Origin: Lama glama
Taxonomy: Eukaryota
NCBI GenBank assembly: GCA_028534125.1
Contig: CM052847.1
Location: forward strand, 19,344,001-19,408,000
Length of the DNA: 64,000 nt
Reading direction: 5' to 3'
Made by a program: the position numbers and the translations under genes. Positions 36,146 through 50,504 of this stretch are shown here, piece by piece; position 1 is the stretch's first letter, and every line of letters starts with the position of its first letter. The notes beneath the pieces were generated by a model. It was not told the origin of the DNA and searched no databases. It was given only the letters and a program-made list of their open reading frames with translations.

Positions 36146-37479
36146 ATGAATGCTTCTGCCTAGATCTTTTTTATCTCTTGCCTGGATTATTAAAATGGAA
36201 CACTCGCTGGTTTTCCGGTTTCTAATTTCTTGCTACTTCCAATCCATCACTGACTTTGCCGTCAGAATCATCCTTTGAAATCAGACATTGATCACGTCTA
36301 CTCTTCTGCTTAAAAATCTTCAGTGACTGTCACAGCCCTGCACGTGGCCCTACAACCATCCACACCGCCTCCAGCGTGGAACACGTAAGCCCTCACCGAC
36401 CTCCTTATTACAGAAGACTTTTTTCTTTTTTAAAGAAGAAGCTCAGAACACATCTTAAGGATTCAGAAAAACCCTCATTCAGCCCTCGCTTCCGTGAATG
36501 AGCTCCTTCAGTTTTCCTCCAGGAACAGAGAGAGAGAAAGAGAGAAATAGAAGAAAGAAAGATACTCCATCAATTTTCAGCCGACTTTATTGCCTTCTAC
36601 TACATATTTATTATTTTCTTCTCTTTCAAACTGCCTGTTTTATATGGCAGGCCCACAGGCAGGGGAAATGTCTTTTCTGTAAAAATGCTTTAAGTATTTC
36701 TAGGCATTCAATAAACATTAACTAGTCAGAGAGATCTTATTTGCTGAGTAAGGGATACCTTCAAGATGGTTCATTCAAGCACTTTAGAAGGGACATTAAG
36801 TGGCAGCTTGTGTGTGTGACAAAATAATTTTTGCATTTCAGGCTGTTCATCCTGGGGGTCTCTGCTCAGTCTCCTCCCTCGCAGACTTTCTTTCTCTCCT
36901 TTGTCTGAGGGAAGACATCTGAATTCTCTCCACCTTTTCTTTACCTTCCTTATCAGCCCCTTTACTTCTGCTTCTGTCTAGTCGACGCTTTATTCTGATG
37001 TTCCGTACATACGTTTCTTCTAGTTTTTCGCCCCTTTAGAAATCACTGGGTTCCGGAAGTGAGACTTGTGCGGCAAAGCGGACAGTCCCTCCCTCCCTCC
37101 CTCTCTCCCTGGTTCTCTCCAGCTCACTGAGGGCATCTGAGAGCCACCAGGAAGCCTGCATGTGTGGCACGGTTCAGAAGAAGATCCCAGGGATGGGCTT
37201 GACATCTGAGCCTTTTTTTGTTCAAGGCACCTTCAAGAGCCATAGCTCAGAGTCCAAGTGGTGCGCTTGGCAGTCTCGTGGAGCAAAAAGGAAAGACAAG
37301 ACCCAGCTTAGGTATAATCTCAGCAGAATCCCAAGAACTGTGGTGTTGGGAACATACTTTGGGGGAGCAAATATGGGCACAGAGAGGTTGGGAGGCAACT
37401 GCCCTGGCCCAGGAGAGAGGTGACTGTGGCTTGAACCATGGGGTGGAGTTCGTGATGGGTGGTCACAGTCCTGTTAAGA

Positions 37480-37795
37480 GCAAAAGATCAGCAGGCAACC
37501 CAAAGGTCTGTGTCTTTTTTTTTTTGGTGTGTGTAGGGGGTGGTCTGAGGGCAGGAGGGGGTGCATAATGTTTTTTAAACATTTTTAGCTAGCTGCCAAG
37601 ATTCAAGAATCCAGAAATTTAAAAAAAATCTAAATTTCCTGGCTTTACTAAGACATCAAAAGATCTAGAATTCTACTGCCATGTTCCCACGAGGCTACAG
37701 TCCACTGGGGTGGAGTGAGCTGCCCACTTGAAACGCACCAACAGTCTCTCTGACCATACCCCCAGCTCCTCTTGGGGGTCTGTGTTTGCAACCAC
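37480..37795. mobile_element. MER102-like hAT relic
   Basis: aaatctaaatttcctggc...aagatct...ttcccacgaggc...gagctgccc...gtttgcaacc; a related copy lies at 49760-49982. Confidence 0.5.
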
Positions 37796-40700
37796 CCACC
37801 CCACCCCGGAAAGTCTGAGACAGACCTGTCCCTGGATCTTCCCAGTCGACAATGACCTAGGATTTGGTTAGATCCCCCAACACTCTCTCTGGAGCTCTGC
37901 TCATCTAAAGAAAGGTAGAGCTCATGGCTCTACAGGTGCATCCACAAGAACTGTTACCTGCAGGACTGTTACCTACATGAAGCGATGGCACACAGGTACG
38001 GAAAGACATTTAAAATGTTTCTGGCTGGAAAAAAATTATTATAATTTTCTGCTGAAAGAAGTCTCTGTGAACTACCGGAGACAAGCCCTATAAATATGCC
38101 AGTGAAACTTAATTAAAGCAAATGGATTAAAAATATATTTGATAATAAAGTATTTACCTTAAGCATCTTTTCAGATAAGCGGTATTTATAGACCCATTCT
38201 ATAGGGGAAGCCCTGCTATAAAAGGCAATTTATGTATCGCCACGGATGTCTGGGAGACTGACTCTCCTTTCTCCGGACTCTCACAGAGAGATTTCGTCCA
38301 GATCACAATTACGAGTTATAAGAGCTATAAGAACATAACTGATAGAACATATTAGAACTTAATAAAAATGTCAAGCTGTCACCCTGTGAAATATAACTGA
38401 AGTGGAACCATACGACACACCCCATTTGGGAAGAAACTGACCTCAGAACAGCTACTCTCGATTCCTTGAAGCTGTACTCGACTTGACACCCCTGGTGGGG
38501 AATGACAAGAAGTAACTGAAATGGACCTATTAAAGACCAAAGATGTTCTAACATTAAATGTTACTTAAGAAAGTAGGAACGTAGTGCCAGGTCCGACACA
38601 TACCGGTTCTTTCTCCTCCACTGCTTACAAATATGTTCGAGGCTTCTCTATTACAAAACACCCAAGATCTTAAAGACTCAGCTATTACAAACTTTTACTT
38701 TTCCTCAACGCCACTACCCAACTCAAGTTAATTGTTCTTTTATCTATTCATGACTCCTTGAGAACTTGACGTTTTCTAGACCTAATGCAACAGTCAGTGG
38801 GAAAGGTATTTCCCAGCCCCAAGAAAGTCAGTCTAGCAGCAAAGACACACGTGAAACTTAGTACAGTGAGGCAAGGGCAGAGAAGTCCTTTGTCAAATTG
38901 CTCCGAAGAGTAAGTTTTCACTTGATTGTTTCCACTTTGCCACTCACTTGACTCTTAAACTCTTACCCGTCTGAGTGCCCCAACCATTCACCTGAAATGC
39001 TTTCCCTCGGACCCTCGTAGCTTCCTCATTTCTCATCACAAATAATCCTCATTCTGCCTGACCTCTAGAGGGTAGCGACTACCAACCACTCTTTCTTTTT
39101 CTTGAAATTCTCTTGTTTTTAAACTTTAAACTTCAGTTCAACAAACATTTATTGCATATCCAGTCAATGTCAAGAGGTCCTGGACATGGAGAGAAGGCCT
39201 TCAACTTGTCAGTGAGCTCTGTTGAGTAGGGAAAACGAGAATCAACGGTAAGTCTGCTGGTTTAATCGTCCTAAAAGCTAGCTCTTGGGATTGAAATCTC
39301 TCAGCGACTCCCACTCTGCCTGATGAACTGAGGATGAGCCCCCAGCTTCCACGTGCTCACAGGTAAAGAGAGGAGATACTGTAAAACTGTTCAGATCACA
39401 TGAAGAATGTCTTTCAATTAAATCTCGCCTTCTCATTTAGATCAGTAACATCTATAGTTGATCTGGTTGGTTTATTTAAGAAGTTATTTCCATGGAACAA
39501 CCAATTTCTTAAATCAAATGGACACCTATGTTATTTATTTCTGTTTTTTTTAAGATCAGAGATTTTCAGTATTTATAAACAAAAAATTTTAAGCAAAATT
39601 TTATATGTAACTGTAGAAGGCATTATTTAACAGTCTTAATGATTTTGTGAACTCAGGATAGCCTTCAATTAAATTAACCAAGGGCTAAGATGGTGAGAAA
39701 TCTTGGTTTTCAAAGACCACTGTCTGTGTTTTGCTAACACAATTATTATTCATGATGACATAACACGAAACGAGTCAGACAAGAACGACTCCGTATTTGT
39801 AAAAGAAGCCACAGACTCCATACTCCAATGTCATCACGTCAAAATACATTCAGACACATTTACTTGTTACTTTACAAGGACTCCAAGGTGCAAGATGGAA
39901 CGTCTAAGCTGAGGAGACGTGTGGCGCCATGTCTGGCCTCCAGCCAAGGGGATCACCATACACACACGTGCTGGGAAGTTCAACTAGTTATACATTTATG
40001 AAGCTTAAAACTAACCACAAGCAAGAGGAGCTTCACCCCAAGGTCCACTGGAAGCATGTTAGGTTGCCAGTGTTCGTTACTATCTTGGTGGCCTCCTCAG
40101 GGGTAAAATTTGGTACCTGACACATTCAAACAAATGAATTTTGAAACAATCCTTTATGCAGTCTGAGTGACACAGCAGTAAGATGAGGTATCAGGAAACT
40201 AAACTGACATGATTCCTCAAAAAGCAGACTCTTCAGCAACCTGTAATTTCTGAATAGCTGATCTTTCAGAGGAGACTGGACATACTCGTGTTCTTTGATA
40301 GAATGAAACTAATGTGACCAGTAGAGAAGCAGGACTTTTCTTGGAAGTTTTAAAGTCGATCTCTTTCCTCTGCCCACCCCCTGCCAAAGCGCAGACAGTC
40401 GCAGTGCGGCCGTGAGGGACGGGTGCTTTTCTCTTCTGCGTTCCAAATTTTATTTACTGTTGTGAGCATTTAGAAAGGGAAAAAAAAAAGAATGGATTTT
40501 TAAAAAACACTCGATCACTTATAGGGTCACCACCAAAAGAGTGAAGTCTTAACTTCTACCAAAAGCAACGAGTTTGGTGTTGAAAAAGGTTACAGAGAAG
40601 ACGGTAGACGCATTCCCATGAAGACGCGTACATGACCCCCCTGCCTGACTTCCATGTCTGTTACTGTCTGACGGGCAGGTCGCTGGACTTAACAAGCAGG

Positions 40701-43053
40701 GCTCACAGGGGATCTCAAACTCCTAAATGATAAACAAAGCACAGGTACTAAGCCAGACCAGCTACCTGACAGGACAAAATGCTCAGACTGCGCTAAGGAA
40801 CCTAAAAACCAGAACACGCCAGCACAGAACTGTCACTTTCTTCAGTGTTTTTATACGAATATATTTTCTCATCAAGTTAGCACAATATGAAACAAACTTC
40901 GCGGACTCTACCAGAAAAGCTATCTTTGGCTTTCTGTTTCTCCTCGCCTCTCAAATACCCTGAAACCAAGTACAAAACAGTAAGTAATAAATGCTGTCTG
41001 AGAATGATACACTCAGACTTACTCAGGTGGACAGTAAAACGGTTGAAGGTTTCCTTCTACTGGCATGAGGGTGCTCAAAGAGCATTTTCTAAATGAAATG
41101 ATAAGCTTAAATACTGTGAACTGCAAAGTTCGGTTGTCTTAGTTTTTCTGTTTCTATCAAATTTTATAAAAATTCAAGTACGCAATATACTTTATACCTT
41201 GGAATGTTCCTTTATTTTCAAAATGAAAATAAACAGCCCCATTATTATTTCACATCAAACGTTAGCTCTAGAAATTTCTTATTCAAGATATCTAACCTTG
41301 GTTTCTGTATAGAGTCAATCATGTGTGCAAAAATTTAATTCTTTCCCCATTTATTCAAATACAATGGACTATCAACTACAGCAGTATTCGTATAGTGAAT
41401 CAAAAGATTGTTTATATTTAAAGTAGAAAGGTACTCTTTTTAAAAGAATTATCATCATGCATCAACTACTGTATTTAATTTAGGATGAACAGCAAAGCAA
41501 CTGGAGACTAATGGGACAACTAGAGTAGGAAGAAAAAAAAAAGACTTCTTTTTTGGAATACAGCAAACACAGCAATACTAACTTCAAAAAATAAAGCTGG
41601 AAAAAATAATTAAGCTCCTTTTGACTGTTTTAAACATAAAGATGCGATAAACCCTGGAAAAATAAAACTCAGCATTAGTTTTCATGCAAGTAATATTACA
41701 GATTACAGATGATAAAAAAGCCCCCCCACCAGAACACAAGGGCCCATCTTCATGACACACACAAACACAAAACCTATCACAGAAAGGTTAATCAGCAGAC
41801 ACATAAACTATATATTATTGCTGAAGACACAAAGCAGTTTTCAGTTACATCTGATATTCTGCTCCTATGAGCATTTTTGTTCACGTACCATGAAGCAAGG
41901 GTATAAAATGTCAGTCTTCAACTTGAACTGTTTCGCTACTGGAGATTCCGGTCATAATCATAATAGGATTTAAATATAGCTGCTCACTTTAACGACGTGG
42001 GTTTACTCATACAGAAAGAAAAACTTTTAATAAAGATAGTATGAGGAAATTAACGGTTTGGCAGGCTGGCCGGAAATCTTATGTAGAAGACTTATGCGTA
42101 CTCAAAGAACCTAATGCTACTAAGTGGTTTAAACATGTAAGGCAGGAGATACAAGTTTTCTAATAAAGCTATTATTTATGACAGACCAAGACACTGCTCC
42201 AATTATGCATTATAATCTGCTTTTATTTTCTCTAAAGTGATATATGGCTGAGATAAAATGAGCCAGTGATTTCTTAATGTTTCAAGGAGGAGCATTATTA
42301 TTCTGTAACACAGCTTTAAAATAGAACACCTTTTATATGTTCCGGTGTGTAAAACTGGCAGTAAACAGTCAAAATACACACGGAAACATTAATAAGTAAG
42401 TAATAGACCGTGATCAAGGGATTGCCAGGATCTGCTTTAAAAACCGACTGTTTTAAGTGAGGACAGAGTACAGTTGTCTTGAGTCAACAATCAAGTCTTA
42501 ATTGCCAGGCTCACTTATTATCAGTTACGCTGTACTTTTATCCAAAAGGCACTTAACATAAAAACACCATGCCCATGTTCCTAATTAGCACACTGTCATT
42601 TGTAATATCTGGGGGATCTGAGTATTAGATTATTTTAAATTAGATATTGAGGCATCTGTTTGATATTTGGAGTAGGACGATTATCATCTACGCGCTACAG
42701 AAGAGGAAAGGGAGGTCTGGAGAAATTAAGGGATGAGATTAAATGGCAAAAACATCATAATGGAAAAATCACACAAGTTTAAAATTCACAAACTGGTCCC
42801 CCCCAACTCCAGAAAAAGCAATGAAGACATCCACCGTATTAGGACCCCAGTACAAACCTAGTCCAAGCCCTTCTAACAACTAACTTTAGTTCAATGATAG
42901 TTTATTTAATAAGCAGAAAAAATTCAAGTAGGAGGAAGTACTCAACTATACAGCCTTGAGAAATCTGACAAGATTCCAGGAGCAAATATTCCTTTAAAAA
43001 ATTCCCCTGAGTTTGAATGCTGAAAAGTTGAATTTACTAACAAGTCACCATTT

Positions 43054-43172
43054 GAGGGGGGGTTAGATTTATTTGCTTACTTGCTTGTTTGTTTTAATGG
43101 ATGGACTGGGATTGAACGCAGGACCTTCTGCATGCTGAGCACATACTCTACCACTGAGCTACATCCTCCCCC
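43054..43172 (-). mobile_element. tRNA-derived SINE (Vic-1-like)
   Basis: ggggattgaacgcaggaccttctgcatgctgagcacatactctaccactgagctacatcctcccc is the reverse complement of the SINE head. Confidence 0.85.
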
Positions 43173-46100
43173 AACAGGTTGTCATTAAAAAAATAAATAA
43201 AACAAATATGAACACATATATATTTCAACATGGGCCTAAGAAATTTTGATTGTGATTTCTTGGAGATCGAAAACTGCACCTTATATACTATGTCTATTAG
43301 CTGGCATAGGAGCCTTAATAAATGTTTCTTGAATTAAGAGAGGCATGGTTTTCGCTTAGCTCTGGCATTTCAGCGTTTGACCATATGATAATGTCTAGAA
43401 TTAGAAAGTAAAAGCTGCTTTTAAAAAAACAGAAAACTTTACTCTTTTGAGCTTCTAAAATATTCAGCTAACAATAGTATCAGAGATACAGCGGAAAACT
43501 CAAATTTTTTAAATGTAGACTTGCAAGGAAGGCTACAGAATCTTTCCCTGAAATATTCTCTGTAGTAAGGTTTCACGTTTTGACAGCGACCCGCAGTAAA
43601 AAAGTAGTTCATATTTTTATGCTTATACATAAACACACACACAGATCTATGTGTAAGTACAATGAAAGTGCCACGGAACAGTACCTCCCCTCGCTGTGAG
43701 TGACGAATTCTATTTAATTTTTTTTAAATGCTGATTTCAACTCACTAAGCTGATTTTACAGTCATTAATGAGTGATGTCCTGAAGTTGGAAAACCAGTGC
43801 TCAGTACATCTCAGAAAGTTTTATAAAAGGGGGAAGGTGTCAAAGAGAGTTGACACAGGACTTAGTTTTGAACAAAATATTTCGGGCAAGTCATAGAATA
43901 CTAAGAAGTAAGAATTTTTAAAGGCAGTAGGGTAGATACTTCATGCTCAGGAGCCTGAATACTGTATTACACTTTTTAGCAACTAAATAATGTGGAAAGG
44001 ATAGAAAAACTACCAAATAAAACTACTCTTATGTCCTGCTCTAAAGTTACTTATGTCTTCTACTAATTAGATTTCCAAGAGAAGTAGTACGCATTATTAA
44101 CAAGACCAAGAAGGAATTAAGAAACATACAATGTCTAAGACAGCTTCTGACCTAAAAAAGAGCTCCCGAGAATTATCTTGGGTTTCCAACTTCCCTCAAA
44201 CAGAACCACTAATGTCCTCCAGATTGTCTGGCCCAAGCTCTTGCCATCTCAAGAAAATGTTTACATTACAGCTGGGTTCAAATGCAAGGTCAGCTAGTTT
44301 TAAGATTTGGGAAACTTACCAAGAGCTTTTTAGCTACAGTATAAATCACTGTTAACAAAATTATTAACTTTCTAAATTGACAAAAACAGTTTCATTCTAT
44401 TTCACTGCTACCAAGTTTCCTTAAAATATCTGGGTAAAAAGGTAAGCTTTATTTCAAAACTGTTTTACCTGCATATGAAGAAGCTATTCAGGGTTAGCCA
44501 TATCATGTTAAAGGAAGACAACTAACTGTGGTTTTTATCTCCATTCTGACTTCAAAAATGCCAGTTTATATCAAAGGAGCAAGATCAGGCGTTTATACTG
44601 TACAAATGCACAACTGGTCTTCCGAAACTCTTTCTGTGAATCATACAGAATAGACATCAGGAGATTATTTTCTATTTCATTACCTGCTACACAAAAATCA
44701 ATATGACTTTATTTGGGATAAGATGGCTAGAAATACATTTTATCGTTTGTATCTCAGAACAAACTGGACAGCATGAAAACGTCAACATTATAAACAAAGA
44801 CTGGGGTCACACAATTCACCCACAGCATTCATCAGTGGGGGAGAAAACCAACAAATGGCCCAAGCATTTTACATATATATTTAGGATAATGTCAACAAAT
44901 GAACAAACTATTACCACATGTAAGGGCTGGAAACATAAAAGAGTTTCCTATGTATGTATAGGGGGTGTCATTAAGTATCTCCTATAACCCCAGACCCTAC
45001 CGGGGTTCTCTATGTATATATATTATCTCTAAACCTTAAATGCCTGCAACACTGGATTCATTTTCACTTTACAGGTGACAACACGGAGGCTTGGGAAGCC
45101 ACACACTTGCTCATATGTACAATTAATCCAAGGACACTAGGACAACGCACTCTGCAAGATGGAAGCAAGGATGACTGAGTTCTTGGTGGGGCCACCCCAA
45201 CCCCAGGGCTCAACACTGCCACGAACTGCAGAAGGGAAGGGACCGCCCCCAGTAGGGGCCTAGAGCAGACAAGCACCCGCCTCAGAGGAAACCAAGACTG
45301 ACATCTTACCAGACATGCCCATCATCCCCATGAGATTTATTAACACAAACATGAAACTGAGTTTTAAAAAGGTTGCTTTGCTAATATTTAACCTGGGGTG
45401 TGGTCTACAAATTAAATTCGCATACTTTAAAATCTCACCTGATATGAAAGACGTGTCTTTTACAAGCTCAGCTATCCTGGAGATTATGTTCCACAGAAAA
45501 TTGTGTGATAGGTGTTGGTTATCAAAACAAACTCTGCTGACATTGAGACAGATGCAGTATGCATAGCAACAGATATACTGACCTTCTTAGAATTAATTCA
45601 GTTCTTAAACTCTTAAAATTAATTGACTTCTTATATTTATCACATTTTCTAGCTAAGATCCACATATGAAGCTGATGGGCTGAAGCTGACAGATGATCCC
45701 ATGAAGTTAATTACACTACTTTACTTCTGTATATGATTGGAATTTTCCATAACAAAAAACTTTTAAAAACTTTTTGAATAGCCCATACTTTAGTTTCTGT
45801 GTGTGTACGCAACTTAAAAACACGGTCAAAACAGGAATTCCTACGTTAACTACCTGAAGAAGATCAAGGCAAAGACAATAATCCATTAACAAAGGAAACT
45901 GTCTAGCTAACTGCAAGCAAGGCTCTATTTTGTGTAGTAGTTTAACAAGGAACTACTGGGTAGCATCCAACCTAAACACTTTGGGGTTAAGTGACAGAAT
46001 TACGCTGAAAGAATTTACAAACCATTCACTCACTTTGACACAATAGATACAATAGACCGTTTAGACTCTTAACGAGACTGGGGCTTTAAAAGCTACACAG

Positions 46101-46889
46101 CATTAATAAACTTAGGATGACGTGGTTCTTTAGGAGCCTAAAAGGTCCTCATCCTAAACTCTGACAAGAATTCCACATTTCTTTGAGAAAGTGAGAGCAG
46201 AGGCAAGAGCACCGGGGTTTTCATAAAAGCCGTTCAGGAGGGGCAGGGAAAGCACAGGATGCTCACACAGGTAGGGCAGGTACATACTGTGAAGGTATGT
46301 TTATTGCACAGATGGAGAGGACTCGTGAGTCAATGATTTAACCATAAAATGTTTACTCTACTTTCAGTACTAACAACAAAGTACCCACTAGTAAAGAAAC
46401 TATTTAAGATGCCCATATGTATCTCATACTTGAGTTCTCAAGTACAAAAACTCAGGCAAGACTTATGGTCCCCACCCCACCGCCACCGAAGAAAGGTAAG
46501 ATGCGGTGTTGTTTACAGTAACGATAACCACTTTACAGCGCCAGTCTACATCTGGAAACACTCAAATGCAAACATGAAACCAGAGTTTCTTTCATTTATT
46601 CTTTTGCCATATATTTACTGACTGCCTACCAAGTGTCCCCCATACAGTGCTCCAGGTTCCGAGTACACAGCGGTGAACCAGAGATGGTCCCTGCCCTTCC
46701 AGCGTCTGCAGTCAGGGGGTGAGAAGGACAATGAAGAGGCATAAACTCAGCGTATGATAAATGCTGTGATTACGTAATGACCGAAATTAATGGGATGGGG
46801 CAAACACCTGCTTTGGCCAAAGATCCCCAAAGAGGTAACAGAAACCAAGACCCGAAGGACGAGAAACAGTGAATTTTACCTCTTCTCTC

Positions 46890-47460
46890 CCCCTACCATG
46901 TATTTTAACACAAATCTCAGACATTTTACTATTTCATCAGTAAATACTTCCATAGGTATCTCTAATAGAAAAGACATTTTAAAAATAGGTATAACCACAC
47001 TGCCATCATCATGCCCTGCAAAATTAATAAGAATTTAAAGACCTAGTTCATATTCAGATTTCCTCAAAAACTGCAAAAGTGTTTCCGTGGTTGGTTTCTT
47101 TGAATCAGCATCTAACAGAGGACCACACACTGCAATTACTTCCTGTGCCACACAGCCTCTTTTGAGCAACAGTAGTTGGCCCCCCTCTCCTTTTTCACAC
47201 TGTTTATCTGCTGGCTCGTTTGTTCTGGGGACTAGCGATCCGGCCCCGGGTTTACTTGCTTTCCACCTCACGGTTTCACTTGTTCCCCTTCGTCCCCTGG
47301 TTTTCCTATAAGCAGGGAGCTGGATCTGAAGTCTTGATCACACTCAAGCTCATTTTGTTTGGCAAGAACACCTCATGGGTGATGCAGGGTGCCTCTTTTG
47401 TGTCCCATGAGAGGCACAAATGTCTGGTTGTCCTACTTTTAGTACTGTCACGATTGGTCA
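46890..47460 (-). mobile_element. Ancient L1M (L1MC/ME) 3' fragment
   Basis: atttcatcagtaaatacttc...gttcatattcagatttcctc...ttgtttggcaagaacacctcatgggtgatg. Confidence 0.55.
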
Positions 47461-48594
47461 GTGGCACGATTTGAAGACAGGGTGGAAGAGTGTCCGTGGC
47501 ACGCAATGTGTGTCCTGAGGCAAGAGAGACTACTTGCTACCATGAAGATGGAGAAGATGCACTTACACACATAGGTTTGTAACTCGGGTGCCGAGTTCTT
47601 CATTGAAAAGGATTTATACACCAATCTTAAAACACTATGGCATAACTGGGCTGGTGGCCTTTTAGAAGTGGGGGAGCCTGCTTCTGATTTCTCTCTTTCT
47701 ATTATTTCTGAGGGACAGAGATCAAAAAAGGATAGCAGGTATGGCCTGGAGCAGCAGGGACAAACAGCCCAGGCAGCTGCTGTGTGACTTTCTCACCTGT
47801 ACGCCACATTCAAAAGAAACCTGTTATTTACTCTCAATTCATTTCCATCTAAAAACCTAACACGTGACAATAACTAGCAGAGGGCATTCCAAGGTCCAAT
47901 TCAAAAAGAAACAGAAAAGCACCTGGATGGAGTTCCCTCCCCAGAGAGCACATCCGCTGCTCGGAGGACCGGGCTGGCAGATCAGGCCACTGGCAAGTAA
48001 CTGCTGGGTTAGATGTGGACTAGGGGAAAAATTAACTGATCTGTGTGTGTTAACTCCACAGCTGGCCCAAGTCTCTGACTGGTGGACCTGCCAGCTCCCA
48101 ACGAAACCTGAAGAGACTCGACCTTCAGAATTACTGTGTATTTCCGGAAGTATAAGAAAACCATGGCTTTCACACCTGGAAGAGTTAGGTCATTTGGTCT
48201 TAATTCTATAGATGAAATCCAGATCTACTGAAGTTACTGGACTTAAAAAATTAGTTAGTCCCAGAACAAAAGTATCCCAAATCGTTGCTCTTTTCCCCAC
48301 TACACCATGTTGTTTCTCATAAAAATCATTTAAGAATTTTTCTCCTAATTGTACTCGATTATCATACGTAAAGTCAAGTTCAAATTTTATTACACTGATA
48401 TTAAGGAATTTTTATGCTGCAGTAGTAAATGCAACACATCATACTGTACAATATGTTTTTATCAGATACTTCCTGCCAAATAAAGCAGGAAAAATTCAGT
48501 ATTTACAAATTGTTAAGTGCTCAATGTAAGGAAGAGGTTTATGGACCTGAGAGCTCAGGGAAATAATTACCACCACAAGGTGCAAAGAGCCCAG

Positions 48595-48780
48595 CTTTTA
48601 GTGTCATAAAGACCTGAGTTCAAATCCTGACTCTGCCAGTTCCTGGTTGGGTCCTCCTCTGCAAATGAAGATCTCTTTACCTACTTTGTGGTGATAATTC
48701 TTTCGCTGTTAGGGGAATTAAATGGGGCCTAGTGAAGCACCTGGCAAATGAGGGACTGTTAAAAACCACGTTAGTCCCCT
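48595..48780 (+). mobile_element. MIR SINE
   Basis: agacctgagttcaaatcctgactctgcca...ctctgcaaatg. Confidence 0.65.
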
Positions 48781-49106
48781 TTCGCCCTGGGTCTGCAGCT
48801 ATCAGGCACAAAGCATGTACCTGAAGTGCAGTGCATCAGCCTTTCTACATAACTGGCTTATTGTCCCACCTTCTCATTTTCCCTACTTGGAATCATTTTT
48901 TGAAGTTAAGTTGTTAACTGATGCGGCAGTTTATCCGATGACACCGCAACAGTGAAGGCCAGGGAAGCTTCTGGTGGAATCAAGGCCTTTCACTTAGCAC
49001 AAGAGCTGCTCTGCAGGGGTAGGGAGTGGTGGAGGTCACATCCTCAAAGCGGTGAACACAGTTCTACCCTCGGGTGTCCTGTAAGCCACTCCCACTTTTG
49101 TACGGC

Positions 49107-49349
49107 CAGACATTCTCAAACTTGGGCATAAAAGAATCAAACAGAAAGCTTAAAAACAAAAACAAAAACAAAAACAAAACCCAACCCCACCACCAGTAGC
49201 AGTGTCACTTGGGAACCTGCTAGAAATGAAAGTTCTTGGGCCCATCCCAGACCCACGGACTCAGAAACCCTGGGGTTAGGGCCCAGAGATCTGTGCCTTA
49301 GTAAGCCCTCTACGTGATTCTGACTCAAGCTGAAGTTTCAGAACCGCAG
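49107..49349. mobile_element. MER5A-like hAT MITE with (AAAAAC)n insert
   Basis: cacttgggaacctgctagaaatgaaagttcttgggcccatcccagacc...gattctga...gaagtttcagaacc. Confidence 0.75.
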
Positions 49350-49759
49350 CTCTATTCAGTTCCCCATAACCACTTCAAACAGGGCAGATCCAAATTAATC
49401 TTTCTTACAGATCAGGTTTCCATGTCAGCATTTGTTAAAGAAAGGGTTCTGTGGCTTGAAAAATGCTTGGTACTAGCTTGTGTCTCATTATGTGCTTTGT
49501 GACTCTGGGAGGATGGAGCAGCCAGGATGCTACAGAGAGAAAAGCCTCATGTTACTTTTCTGCAGCAGCTCTCAGTTAACGCAGACTGCAAGGAGGGATG
49601 GCGGGCATGAGGATGGGGACGGCGGTGGGGGGCGACCGGTGACATTTACAAGGTGTTAGGCGCTTTTCTAAGACCTTTCCACTTACCAGCCCACTGAATC
49701 TTCACAGCCGCCCCCATGAAGTGGCTACTGTTACAGTTTAAAGTATTTAAAGTTACCAA

Positions 49760-49982
49760 ATTTTAAACATCAGGACACTTCTGGTTTCTATTTTTAAAAC
49801 TAAAACACCTGGCAACACAGGGCTGGCGTTCCTGCCTGGGGAAAACCAGCTGGGCAAAGCCGCAGCCACCCACCTTCGACAGGAAAAGCACTGGCAGGTT
49901 CAAAGGTCCCGCCCCCAGCCCCAGGCTCCTTATCATTTCATCAGCGCCTGGTGCTGGAAGGCCTGAGTTTGGGGCACCTGCT
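49760..49982. mobile_element. MER102-like hAT relic
   Basis: ctggcaacacagggctggcgttcctgcctgg...ctgagtttggggcacctg. Confidence 0.5.
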
Positions 49983-50504
49983 CTGAAAAGAAAATGTCTA
50001 CGTCTATTTGTCTACAGAGGGGGTGGGGACGGGGAAGAGAGGGACAGGGGAGTCAAAGCAGGGTGGAAAGGCTTGGAGGGGGAGCCACCTACATGTGTGC
50101 GCGCGCACGGGGCACGTCCTGTAGGTCACTCTAAATCAGGAGTATTTCTAATTCCTAAATATCTCTGAACCAATCGCCTTCTGCCTTTTCCCGCTGCCAC
50201 CGACTCAGCTGAAGCCTCCTCCAGCTTCTGCTGATTATCACAGAACTCACTGTACTAGTTCCCTCCCAGAGTCTTTCCCAGCTTCGATCCAAGCTCTATA
50301 CTGCCTTAAGAATGTTCTTTCTAACGTATAAATCTAACCATTTTGCCTTCTGGCCAAAAACCTTTCATGGTTCCACACTGTTATAATAGCAGCTTTCAAA
50401 CTAAGACACAGAACCTGCTCTGTAATGAAAAAGCTTACCTGGGGGGTAAGTATATTAAAAAAGATGAACGTGGCACTGCTCTCACTGCCCCTCACAAGTG
50501 AGTT

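Noticed and set aside
39058-39078. CTCF-like motif tgacctctagagggtagc
   Set aside because: Mismatch at a core C position, and it lies within probable L2-derived sequence.
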